Of a DNA stretch of 64,000 nucleotides, positions 37,043 to 48,914 are shown piece after piece. Source of the DNA: Octopus bimaculoides. Its lineage: Eukaryota. Made by a program: the position numbers and the translations under genes. Under the pieces are notes generated by a model. It made no database searches and was not told the origin of the DNA. It saw nothing but the letters and a program-made list of their open reading frames with translations. The stretch is taken from the NCBI RefSeq assembly GCF_001194135.2, contig NC_068981.1:12589581-12653580 (forward strand), given 5' to 3'. The stretch's first letter is position 1. Each line of letters opens with the position of its first letter.

Positions 37043-37521
37043 AGCTACCCAGTAAGAATTCATGACCGTCACGCTAAACTCTGACAGTACAAAAATAGAG
37101 CATATTGTGCAGAATAATTATAAGCAAAACATTCAATCACTAAGATTTGAAATAAGATGTCTCTACTGTTAACATCATCTGTGGATAAATTTTAAAATTG
37201 ATGATATCACCTGCAGAGACATAAACAGATCGCAGGCACAATAGCATTATATAGCTATATATTATAAATTTGCACGAAACGTAATGATGCTTAAAAAGCA
37301 TTCACCTTCTAGAAGTAAGGGCTAATGCCTTAAATTAATCCAGCGTACCAGACCAAGATAGCAGAGAAAAACAGTATGCCAGTAAAACGGAAAGAATTTA
37401 TACATTTAACAACATATTCGTTCAAATTTCATCAATTTTAATATTTATCCACAGATGCTATTAATAGTAGAGAATCTTATTTCAAATCTGTCAGAGTTTA
37501 ACTGACGGTCGTGAATTCTTA

Positions 37522-37546
37522 CTGAAGGCCGAAACTCGAGTATGTC
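37522..37546 (+). ncRNA. Hammerhead relic: 3' half intact, 5' half deleted
   Basis: CUGAAG-GCC-GAAAC-UCGA-GUA-UGU; helix III palindrome ACUCGAGU with a GUA triplet; lies at the position homologous to 36989-37042. Confidence 0.6.
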
Positions 37547-38649
37547 GATGTCCTAAACTGCATAATATTTCATTCTTTGCTGTTAAATGTATTAATTCCT
37601 TCCGTTTTCCTTGCATACTGCTTTTCTCTGATATCTTGGTGCTGTACGGTGGATTAATTTAAGATTTTAGCTCTTATTTCTAGCATGTAAATGTTTTTCA
37701 AGCAACATTACGTTTCGTGCAAATTTATATATATATATATATNNNNNNNNNNNNNNNNNNNNNNNNNNNNNNNNNNNNNNNNNNNNNNNNNNNNNNNNNN
37801 NNNNNNNNNNNNNNNNNNNNNNNNNNNNNNNNNNNNNNNNNNNNNNNNNNNNNNNNNNNNNNNNNNNNNNNNNNNNNNNNNNNNNNNNNNNNNNNNNNNN
37901 NNNNNNNNNNNNNNNNNNNNNNNNNNNNNNNNNNNNNNNNNNNNNNNNNNNNNNNNNNNNNNNNNNNNNNNNNNNNNNNNNNNNNNNNNNNNNNNNNNNN
38001 NNNNNNNNNNNNNNNNNNNNNNNNNNNNNNNNNNNNNNNNNNNNNNNNNNNNNNNNNNNNNNNNNNNNNNNNNNNNNNNNNNNNNNNNNNNNNNNNNNNN
38101 NNNNNNNNNNNNNNNNNNNNNNNNNNNNNNNNNNNNNNNNNNNNNNNNNNNNNNNNNNNNNNNNNNNNNNNNNNNNNNNNNNNNNNNNNNNNNNNNNNNN
38201 NNNNNNNNNNNNNNNNNNNNNNNNNNNNNNNNNNNNNNNNNNNNNNNNNNNNNNNNNNNNNNNNNNNNNNNNNNNNNNNNNNNNNNNNNNNNNNNNNNNN
38301 NNNNNNNNNNNNNNNNNNNNNNNNNNNNNNNNNNNNNNNNNNNNNNNNNNNNNNNNNNNNNNNNNNNNNNNNNNNNNNNNNNNNNNNNNNNNNNNNNNNN
38401 NNNNNNNNNNNNNNNNNNNNNNNNNNNNNNNNNNNNNNNNNNNNNNNNNNNNNNNNNNNNNNNNNNNNNNNNNNNNNNNNNNNNNNNNNNNNNNNNNNNN
38501 NNNNNNNNNNNNNNNNNNNNNNNNNNNNNNNNNNNNNNNNNNNNNNNNNNNNNNNNNNNNNNNNNNNNNNNNNNNNNNNNNNNNNNNNNNNNNNNNNNNN
38601 NNNNNNNNNNNNNNNNNNNTATATATATATATATATATATGCATATATG

Positions 38650-39185
38650 AGTACAGAACGTCACAATCTGTGTAAACAAAATGAAGTACGAAAACAACTG
38701 AGTTAAATACGCTAACAAGTAGAGAAAAATGGAAAACAGGACAAGTAAACACAGAGAACGACCCTTCATGAGTTGTCGGCTGTTTATCTGCTCCTCATTT
38801 CGAGCATTCAACGACTGTAGGAGTCTTCAAAGATAGTTACTCCGATAAATTCCAAAATAAAATTTGGGATTTATGGAGCGTCAAATTTGGAAGAAAAGCA
38901 GGACAGTGGATACATAGAAGGAAACCGAACGAAAGTAAATATTGAGGGTCGTTAGACCAGAATGAGAGGAAAATAGTGAACGCCGGGAGAAATATATTCT
39001 TTGAAAAGAGGAAAGATAGAAGAGAGGGAAAAACCGCTTAATCTGTAGAACGTCGTGCAGGAAACGAAAGATGGTCACGTAAAGAAAAGAAAGATGGACG
39101 ATGGTCACATGTGAGCAACGAGCGAGAGTAAAAGAGAAAGACGGAGAGGGAGGGAGAGACAGATAAAAAACGGTGAAGGGGGAGG
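38650..39185 (-). mobile_element. Third copy of the 35-36 kb direct-repeat family, inverted
   Basis: Reverse complement contains CTAACGACCCTCAATATT, GTATCCACT, GTCGTTGAATGCTCGAAAT-AGGAG and CCGACAACTCATGAAGGG. Confidence 0.7.
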
Positions 39186-39828
39186 AAAATGGATTTGGAG
39201 AAGCATAAGGAAGAAAATTACATAGAGTAGTGTCGTATCAAAAAATACCATGTCCAATATAAATTATAGATCTAGTGTTGGTAGAAAAAGAGCACTTGTG
39301 TTTCAGTAGCATTTCGCTGATGTACCCAAATCAAGTTATAAATTACAATTGCCATACCTGAGTGGCAAATACAGAAATTCTTAGGGCTTTCCCTTCCTTA
39401 ATTCTGAATTCAAATATCTCTACCACCGACTTTTCTCTTCCTGCTAACAATTTCAATGAATATGCAGAGCTAGTGTGCAAGTATCGGCACAATTAGCATT
39501 AATAATAATTAGGGCGCTGCATTAACAGTATTGATAGTGTCGAAAATAATGTTTTATGTTATGTTGTAACTTACCTTTTGATTCTGAGGGGAAAATCTTT
39601 CCGTGATCATCTTAATACTTAGATTCCTGCTAAAATCGATAGTGTGAAGTAGCAGTTAAGTAACTGAACTTGTATACATTTTATATTCGGCGCAAATTTG
39701 CGACCCTGTGGCAATGCTAGATGCTAATATAAATCGTAATAAAAATCGTAGTAGTAGTAGTAGTAGTGATGGTGGTGGTGGTGGTCGTAGTAGTAGTATT
39801 AGTGGTGATGGTGGTGGTGGTTGTTGTT

Positions 39829-39871
<43 letters not shown>

Positions 39872-40153
39872 AACAATTAGAAACTTACTGGAGCGTAAAA
39901 TAATTAGACAATATGTAAAGCATTTATTCTATCACTACGTTACCACGTGCTTTAATTATTGATCGTTTGTGAAGTCTCGAAGATTTACAAAGTTACAAAG
40001 TCAGAAGTGTGACTATTTTCAGAATTGTAAATACGTTGAGATGAGAAACGAATATAAAATATCGAACAGAATCCTTGTCACGCGCGCCTCTTCTCTGCTC
40101 ATTGTTTACGCCATTCTTAAGTGGTCATGAGCAATTCAATATATTTAGATTGG

Positions 40154-40290
40154 AAGGCGGCGCGCTGGCAGAAACGTTAGCGCGCCAGGCGAAATGCTTA
40201 GCGGTATTTTGCCTGCCGAGGTCGACTTTACGTTTCATCCTTCTGGAGTCGATATAAAATTTTGAGCCTTGTGCCTAGAGTAGAAAAGAA
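40154..40290 (+). mobile_element. SINE family B with internal deletions (a further fragment lies at about 40330-40420)
   Basis: AAGGCGGCGCGCTGGCAGAAACGTTAGC...GCCGAGGTCGACTTT. Confidence 0.85.
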
Positions 40291-40462
40291 TATGTTTACA
40301 AAAATTGCATTGTTATTTACGTTTAAAGCCGCTTGCTGGCGGAATCAATAAACCATCAGGAAATGCATTTCGGTTTTTCTTCGTATTGCTCGCATTCTGA
40401 GTTCAAATTTCGCCTAAGCCAACTGTAATCCTTTCAAGGACGATACAATAAAGTACCATTCG

Positions 40463-40494
<32 letters not shown>

Positions 40495-40939
40495 TAATAA
40501 TAACAATAATCATAATCATAATAAACGGAAGAGAAATAAACATGCATACATACATATATACATCCATGCATACATCCATGCATACATCCTTGCATACATA
40601 CAAATTGTTGCACTTGTGTTTCTGAGTATTTGCTTAACTGATAGTCTAGATAATCTTAGATTTTGAGAAAAACTAACTCACACGTTACAAATACAATCTC
40701 TAAGTGAAAACGTAAAAGTCTGCAAGACGTTTCCCAAGTTTTATATGTGGCATTGTTTTCCTTATCTACATTCCAGCAATGGAGTTTTGTATCTTCATTA
40801 GAACGCAGGTCCTTCCTGGGAAGCATTCAAATAATCAAAAACAGAAAAGAAATATTCGTATGCTCATAATGCAGACATATATGCGTCCATCCATCCATCC
40901 ATCCATCCATCCATCCATCCATACATACAAATATACATA

Positions 40940-42219
40940 CAAGGGGTGTATGAAAAGTTTTGAGCCTAACCTAGAAACGTGGCTGCTAGGTAGCTGAAAC
41001 AATTTTTTGTTAGTAAGTACAGTCTTTTCGGAGTATTCTTGCTCGTTTTCATGATTCTGATATTTTAATTTTTTTGTTGCAGATTTTTGAATAAACAAGT
41101 GTTGCGGTTACAAGGAAAATGGAGAAAACTCAGTGTCGTGCTGTCATAAAGTACCTTCATTTGAAAGGCATGACTCCATCAGAGATCCATGAAGATATGA
41201 TGAGAACCTTAACACACAATGCTCTTTCAAATGCAACAGTCAAACGCTGGGTAAATGAATTCCAGCGTGACAGGGAGAGTGTGGAAGATGATCCAAGACC
41301 AGGGAGACCTCCAACTGCAACCACCAAGGACAACCTTGACCTTGCTCTATGTATGATAATGCAAGATCATTGAATATCATGTCGTCAGATAGCCAAGTGA
41401 CTGGGCATCTCAAATGAAAGTGCAGACAACGTTGTGACAAAAGAACTTGAGTTCTCAAAGGTTTCCGCAAGGTGGGTTCCTCGCCTTTTGACTCCTGAAC
41501 AGAAACGCATCAGGTGCACTTTGTTCACGACCGATCTGGAACTGTTTGAAGCCGATGAAGAGAATTTTCTTGCTCGTTTCATTACTATGGACGAAAGTTT
41601 CACCATACCAGCCTGAAACCAAAGAACAATCATAGCAGTGGAAGCACACATCTTCTCATACTCCAAAGAAGGCCAGGGTCATTCATTCAGCTGACAAGGC
41701 CATGACATCAATAGTTTCGGATTCTCAAGGTTTCTTGCTGATCGATTACCTTGAAAAGGGTCACACGTGACAGGGCTGTATTATTCTCAGCTACTGAAAC
41801 GCCTGCAAGAAGCAATCAAAGTAAAAAGGCTAGGAATGCTCACTAGAGGAGACCTTTTTCATCACGACAATGCTACAGCCCACAGATCAGTGGTTGCCAT
41901 GGCAACAATTAATGATTTTTGATACGACCTTGTTCCCCATCCGCCTTATTGGCTAGACTTAGCCCCTTCTGACTTTCATCTATTCCCCAAAATGAAACAA
42001 GCCCTGGCTAGTGGCCATTTTGCCAGTAACAATGACGCTATAATCACTGTAGGAAGTTTCTTGGAGTCAAGAGTTCCTCTACGCCGGGATAATGGCGCTT
42101 CAGCACCGCTGGAGAAAGTGTTCAGCCATCGAGGGGGACTATGTTGAAAAATAAATCATCAGAAGTCTTGAACTATGCTTTGCATTTTTGAGGCTAAAGA
42201 CTTTTCAGACACCCCCTCG
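40940..42219 (+). mobile_element. Full-length mariner (1280 bp, DD34D, irritans-like)
   Basis: TA at 40938-39 and 42220-21; TIRs CAAGGGGTGTATGAAAAGTTTTGAGCCT / AGGCTAAAGACTTTTCAGACACCCCCTCG. Confidence 0.95.
41119..42154 (+). pseudogene. Mariner transposase pseudogene
   Basis: MEKTQCRAVIKYL...DDPRPGRP...WVPRLL...ITMDES...HHDNA-(34 codons)-D in YWLDLAPSD...GDYVEK-stop; contains frameshifts and stops. Confidence 0.95.
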
Positions 42220-42306
42220 TACATACATACATACATACATACATACTTACATACATACATACATACTTACATACATACATACATACTTACATACATACAT
42301 ACATAC
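42220..42306 (+). repeat. (ACAT)n tract with periodic ACTT variants
   Basis: Direct reading. Confidence 0.95.
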
Positions 42307-43249
42307 ACACAACTGCGGTCTGGTTCTGAACTTTGAACGACATTATACCGAAGCTATTTTCTAAAACACTCTTCAGCTTCTGCAATCTGTTGAAGAAAAG
42401 AAAGAAGTATATAAATAAACATAATATCAAATACAAATTTTAAAATATATTTTGTGAATAAAATAGAGAAAATTGTTAAATAAAATATGACATTACATTA
42501 GAAATAAATAAGATTAGATGAAAACTTTAGTAAAACCATAAAACAAAGAGTGTCAGATTAAGAGCTTATTTAATATAAATACGGTTAGCATTGCTAAGTC
42601 ATGCCTGAAGCACATATGGCATACCTGAATGAAATGTCATCAACAATTTTATATTAAAGACGAAACAAGAGATTGCATTTTTACATAACTTTAGCAGATT
42701 GTTAAAAATAAATGTTTAGTTCTGCATGTGAGTATACGTGCTCGCGTGAATGTCTGCACAAGAGGTATTAGAGAGAAAGAGAGAATTTGTGAATGCATGT
42801 GTATGCGTGTATGGCATGTGCGTGTGCGTGTAAGAGCGTGTGAAGGGTGTTGTGTGTGTTAGCAGAAAGAGTAAGAAAGCATTAATAGGAAGGGTAACGT
42901 ATTAACATTCTATACTGAAAATGTTACTCCTACCAAGAATTTAATTGTTCTTATTTTATATAACATATATACGCTTATTGAAACACATATGTACACATAC
43001 ATACAAATACATGTGTCAGATTAGGCAAACAAGGGTGATTATCAATAAATACGAATACGTGAAACATATTTATGCATATATGCGTATAAGTATATATGAA
43101 TAGTTAGACATACATGTATATACACATGCATGCATAAATATGTCTATGAGGAAAAGATGTCGGCAAAATGTAGTATATGTGTAATATGAAACGAAACAAT
43201 GCTTCAAGTTGACCCAAGTGGAAACATGTTTAATTTCTGAAATCTTACA

Positions 43250-43700
43250 TTGCAGGATTTGTGAAAAGTGGGGAGGTCGAAGCAGGTTGTATGTAGTACA
43301 GTCATCGGGTAGAAATAGTGATTGAGTTGGAAGCATGCAAGATAATGTGGAATTGTCCCTATTCAAACAGACAAGAAGACAGAACATAACAAAACATATC
43401 ACTGTAACAGACAAGAGAAATCGAATTTGCTTATTGATTCACCCACCATAACCATTAAGTACTGTGAAAAAAGTAGGTGAACAGTTAAGAAAAATCGCAG
43501 CCTCCTTGTACATTGAGATTGCGTAGATTTGGTACATGAAATCTATAAAAATTGTACGTGTGAGGGTTGTTGCATTAGAGGCTGTGAGTAAAGGATTAGA
43601 CAAATAAATAAAGGCGATTGGAATGGAATCTCCAGTATATCTTCTACAAAATATATCTACTTTTAGGACCAGGAAAAATTTTGAACATTTTGTGGTTTAT
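43250..43700 (+). pseudogene. Old R4-like LINE endonuclease relic, copy 1
   Basis: CKIMWN..IQTDKKTEHN...DKRNRICLLID...WYMKSIKIV..VVALEAVSKGL (frameshifted). Confidence 0.65.
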
Positions 43701-43829
43701 AGACATCGTGTGAATATCTCAGGTCACATGGAATACTCAACTAAACACAAAAATTCTGCCAAGTCTGAGTCAAGAAGATAATAGTAATAACATTCCTTTC
43801 TGTTATAGAACACAATGCCTGAGTAGGAA

Positions 43830-44095
43830 CTTCGAACGTGACCATATTATTGTTGCAGAACGTCCTCGTTGGCACTGAAAGAATATAAGAAAGGGAGGCA
43901 TGACCAAGATGTAAATGTTGCACACTGGAATCTTTGCCAGAAATGGTGATTTAAAGCTTAAGTGAAATGATATGATCATCAGGTTGAAAGAGTGCTGGAG
44001 TCGGAGAAATGTAAGATTTTGCGGAACTTTCCTATCCAAACGGACAAGAAGTTAGACATTAATAGACAAGACATGATAAAATCATTAAAAGCAGT
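43830..44095 (+). pseudogene. Old R4-like LINE endonuclease relic, copy 2
   Basis: RHD-like segment...HWNLCQK...YDHQVERVLESEKCKILRNFPIQTDKKLDINRQD. Confidence 0.7.
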
Positions 44096-44821
44096 AAACA
44101 ACCAAAGAGATTAAAGAAGATTCTCATAAATGCTAAATTATTCTCAAGAATAACGGACGCATGAGTAAAAATATGTGGTTGTCCTAACTGCGGAACAATC
44201 TTTTTGAAGGATCAGAATTTAAAGCTAGATCCAACATCACTTGCGCCTCTGAAACATTCTTTATGTAATCAGATGCTCGGGCTACCATAATAACTATATA
44301 GGGTCGACAGACAAATCGATCAGACAAAGATGTACCGTCGACAGCCAACAGATACCCACAATATCGCCAGATATATCTCAGTGAACAGATTGACAGATGT
44401 GCAGAACAAACGCTACCACAATTCCTAAACTTCCGATTACATCAATTTGCTATCTAGACCTCAGCACAAGTACGACTAAATAAAGTGACCTCATTTATCG
44501 AAATATATAACCCATATTGAAAATTAAAGATTTATCCCAACTATTGTAAGAATGAAATGTATACCAATATAAAAAATTACAGATTTACTTCCCCTTTACT
44601 AAAAAATACCTTGGCTACCAATTATCCCTCCTAGCAAATAAAATGTCTAATTTAGAATTTCATCCAAAACTCAAAATCCGAAAAGCGATAGCGAAACCGG
44701 TTATTATGTTGGAAGAAAAAAAAAATCTTATTTTGTACAATGTGTATAATACTTTATGATTCTAATATATTCTTTAGTGTTTTAAAACAAATCTGTGTTT
44801 TTCCCTCTTATTTCATTTCGT

Positions 44822-44897
<76 letters not shown>

Positions 44898-44928
44898 GTA
44901 TATAGATATATGTATGTGCTTCCTTTAC

Positions 44929-45095
44929 ATCTTTTACTTGTTTCAGTCATTTACAGTTGCCATGCTGGAGCACCGCCTTTGGGCGAACAAATCGACTGCA
45001 GGACTTACTCTTTGTAAGCGTAGTACTTATTCTGTCAGTATCCTTTACTGAACCGCTATGTTACGCTGATTTAAACACGCCAACATCGGTTGTCC
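44929..45095 (-). mobile_element. SINE family A, 3' half
   Basis: CTTTTACTTGTTTCAGTCATTT...CCATGCTGGAGCACCGCC...AACATCGGTTGTC. Confidence 0.9.
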
Positions 45096-45117
45096 ATGGA
45101 TGGCATGTACAAACACA

Positions 45118-45625
45118 TAACTTCTGATCTTCATTCATTGGAAGTGTTATCATGTACATGTTTTGTTGGTTAGTGTAAGAGATGTGTTACAGAAAATATT
45201 CTAATCAATACCACAGAAGACTTGCTTGTCAGTTGTTTGACCATAACCAGTTCAGCATGTCCTTTGGTGGCTGACGATTTGTGCATCTCTGGCCACGGGC
45301 GGAACTAGTGGGAGAACATCATAGCCATGCGTTGAGAAAAATTCTTTGGAGTCTGGACAATTCACCTCTGTAAACATGGGGGATTTATTCAACATTCTTT
45401 AACAAACCTTATTCAGTGACCTTTTTAACGGGATGGGCAATTCAACCTGAAGAAAATCGTAACTGGGCCCCGCGTGCAAGATCATGCGCTCGTTATTGTT
45501 ATATGAGATCACCATGTTGCGCACATATGGTTATGATGTATGTGCCTTGTGTACACGCGTATCAGACGGGTAGCCATGATGGTTATATTGGGCTTCGTAT
45601 AATTGTATCCCAGTGCTCTCGCTAA
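45118..45625 (-). mobile_element. Repeat family D, second copy
   Basis: Reverse-complement homologue of 21045-21558. Confidence 0.8.
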
Positions 45626-46229
45626 AAAAAAAATGTTTCTTTTTCTTTTATTAGCCATGGGTCATGGATGAAGGGGACATCACAAGGACTACCAACAGTT
45701 TGTGAGAGTCTTTACATGAAAGATGAAGAGAAAGAAATGGAAAACACAGTGAAATGTGATAAAGGTATACATAGTATACAAAATACGTAATTACATGGAT
45801 GATGTAATCTTCATGGTACAGGAAAACTACAACTACCTGACTGACCAAAAATTCACCAAAGCACGTACCTTCTCTCAGCTCCTGTCCTCCAATCTATAGG
45901 CACATTCTTAGAGTAGGGTCATTCATTCTAGCCATTTTCGCCATAGTCACATCTTTTCACAAATTCACAGGTCTTTAGCACTTCCTTATCCACCTTCACT
46001 TTCTTTCAAAAGTTGAACTTTAAAATGTCAATGAGGGCTTGACCGAACAGGAAGGAGTCTTCCTTGATCCTTGCAGCCTCGTCCACCATGCAACCTCTTT
46101 TATCATAGCCACTAGGCAGAGGAACACGGTTTGCCCTGCCTTGTTATAGAAGGGTGGTGGGTCGATCCTCACGGTGGATGTGACCTATGGTCGGATTCGT
46201 TCTATACAGATGTTAAATCATAGGTAAAT

Positions 46230-47200
46230 AACTTACTTTATACTAAGAATAACTAGTCCTGGAAATCTTTGTTACCACTTTGTAGTTCATCCTCTTCGAC
46301 GTCTAGAGTTACCCCGAGAACGTTCCTGATATGTCTTTTTTGTTTTTCAAAATTTATTTGCGCTTCTATTAAAAAAAGTCTTTCTGAAGAGGTTTTTGTT
46401 ATTTCCAGAGTTTACGAGTTCATGTATTCTTGTAACTAGTGTATAAATAATGACTTACCCTTCCTTTCTTTTGTATCCTGTATTTAAGTATTTGCACTGC
46501 CATTCCTTTTGGCACCCATGCCGGGGTTCAGTGTTGTATATATTTAGTAATTAATAATTGTATATAGTTGTACTTGGTTTTGAGATCCTAGCTAGACTTC
46601 CTAAATTCCATCTAATTGAAAATTATTCCAGTCAGTTATTTTGTTAATCGTCTCATCAACTTTCTCTATTTCAACATTCATATTCTGTTGCCTTCAATAA
46701 TTTCCCACTTTGCTTTAAAATGTCTGTAGCCTATCAGCTTCCCTGTTCTAATGAAGCCTTTTGCACACCATATCTGACCAAACCTCTTTGCTCCATCAGC
46801 ATTTGGCAAATCATTCTTTTGATGCTCATTCTCATTCTTCAGCCGTTAGCAGAATGTTCTTCCATTGTTTTTAAATAGTTTATTCAGCTGATAATACTTA
46901 ATTATTTGTAAGTTTCTAGATTTTTTGTCATCTAATACATCGGTAATTCGTCAAATCATTTTCTTAGAACCTGTATGTCTTAAGTTATACTTTCTGTTGA
47001 TCTACTTCCAATAACTGTTCAGTCACCGTTTTCTTTCTAGTTATAGTATCTAAACTTCCGAGCTGTCCAACGCAACTTCCAATTCTTCTATCGAGCTTTC
47101 CATTTTGCGTTAATGCTATATCATTTTAAATTTAACTCTCAAGAATTTCTACAGTAAAAGAGGATGTGCAGTATATGAGGTCGTTAACATCGGTTATTGC
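46230..47200 (-). pseudogene. Degenerate R4-like LINE, pre-RT region and start of RT
   Basis: Minus-strand YQLNKLFKNNGRTF, a W...DGI segment and PAWVPKG resemble the R4/Dong conserved blocks preceding RT; heavily decayed. Confidence 0.55.
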
Positions 47201-47412
47201 CTCAAATTTGATTTTCGCTGAAAGATTAGCCAGTATCTGCGCTTTACGAAGTATTTCATTTTAGATTCCTCTCCAATATAGCAATCTCGTTCACTTTTGC
47301 TATTTTTTTCATTGCACAGAGGTGGTGCCATTGTAAATGAGGTTTATCAAAGGCGTAGTTATAGCTACCTGAAAACTATCATCATCATGGTCATCACCAC
47401 CGTCATTGTCAT

Positions 47413-47934
47413 TATTACTTCCGCCTTAGCGAAGGCGGAGGTAGTGTTTGCAGTCGTGGTTGTTTGTTTGTTTCTTTAACCGTGGAAAAGATATCTCAAG
47501 AACTGCTGAATGGATTGGAATGAAACTTCCAGGGAAGTTTGGCCTCGTGACTGGCACACACGGATTAGATTTTGGGATCAATTCGGCGTTGGCCAAGGAT
47601 TCTAGATAATTTTTCCTATATTTTACTTAATTTTTGAGGGGGGTTGGGTTCGCTTTAAGTATTCTCGTTTGTGAGAGCAGTCGAGCTTATATTCTAATTT
47701 TAAAAATCATCTCTGGCCAGGGGCAGATTTAGAGTATTAAGGGCCTTCGGCATAACTGTTTACCGGGCCCCATTTCATGTGTGTTTTAGTAGAGTTAATA
47801 TGTAGATTGCGGGCCGCTCAGAACTCCTGGCCCTCGGGCAGTGCTTAATTGACCGACGGCTCAGTCCACCTCAGTCTCTGGCTAATCGTTGGTGATGCTT
47901 TGGTGGAGGATTGCGCTCTTTGAGTGCTCTTGTT
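47413..47934 (+). mobile_element. Non-autonomous Helentron/DINE-like element
   Basis: 5' TTACTTCCGCC hairpin, internal (GTTT)n, 3' subterminal inverted repeat GGTGGAGG followed by a GCGCTC-TTT-GAGTGC stem-loop, and T-rich flanks. Confidence 0.75.
47718..47874. mobile_element. hAT-type MITE (157 bp) nested in the Helentron-like element
   Basis: Exact 8-bp TSD TCTCTGGC at 47710-17 and 47875-82; left end CAGGGGCAGATTTAG; decayed right end. Confidence 0.8.
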
Positions 47935-47948
47935 GTTGTTGCTGTTGC

Positions 47949-48011
<63 letters not shown>

Positions 48012-48023
48012 GTGATTTTAGTT

Positions 48024-48914
48024 CAGTTAAAATGTGTTACAAGCATTTCTAAAGGCATATCTACTGCAGTTACCGTGGAAGAAAAAATCTCTTTTATGGT
48101 AAAATATGTAAAAACACCATATCGGACCAGTGTTGCCACTCTCTGATTTCCAACGCTGCCTTTCTAGCTCTTTACTCGTTATCAATGGGAAATGCGAACG
48201 ACAGATAATTCTGCAGATTTAAAACCACAGCTTTTATGAAAACAGTCAATAATATTGACCGAGTTGCACTCTCAGACCGCATACGCAAAATTTAAGTTAG
48301 TTGTAATATGTTTGGGACATGGTTTATTTTCTCAAGGCAAATTCACTGCAATCATGTCGTATGGTAAAAAAAAAAGTGTAAAAATACCATATCTGTTAGT
48401 GTCGCTACCAATCGGATTCCGAGACGCAGTGTTTCTTGCTCTTTATTTTGCTATCGGTGAGAAATATCCAAGATAACAGCGCAACTCAGTCAACACTTGG
48501 GGTAAGTTAAGGAAACTGCAGTGAATTTACCGTTAAAAGTTGAGATATGTCACAGTCATAGATAACTCTGGACAGATGCGAAGCCGTAACTTTAAACACA
48601 GTTGAGGACATTGAGTTAAGCTATTAGACCACCACGTCGGAAGAAATTGAGCAGTTTCGCTGCCAAGCAGTGTTTAGACAAAAGCTGTATTTTAGTTAAA
48701 GCTACTGCTTTAGATTTCTCCAGAGCTACTACTCTTCGGTATTTCCCGTAGATAATGTGCAAAGAGCTAGGAATGTTGCATCTGGGAATCCGGTAAGGGT
48801 GGCACTAGATAGATATGGTGTTTTTAAAACTTTTACCATACGAGAGAATTTTTCTCCACGATACAATAAATTTGCAATTAGAATTTGAAATATATCACAA
48901 GCATATTCTAACTG
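48024..48914. mobile_element. Foldback DNA element with ~180-bp imperfect TIRs and an internal third copy of the TIR core (about 48352-48475)
   Basis: TATGGTAAAA..AAAAACACCATATC..AGTG..GCCAC..CTAGCTCTTT at 48095-48176 is mirrored at about 48740-48845. Confidence 0.75.

Larger units (their letters stand above)
36712..37735. mobile_element. ~458-bp hammerhead-bearing monomer: about 1.5 tandem copies on the minus strand (36712-37415) plus an inverted partial copy on the plus strand (37430-37735)
   Basis: GATCGCAGGCAC at 36770 and 37228; 37050-37087 is the reverse complement of 37488-37524; HHR relics at 36989-37042 (-) and 37522-37546 (+). Confidence 0.8.
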
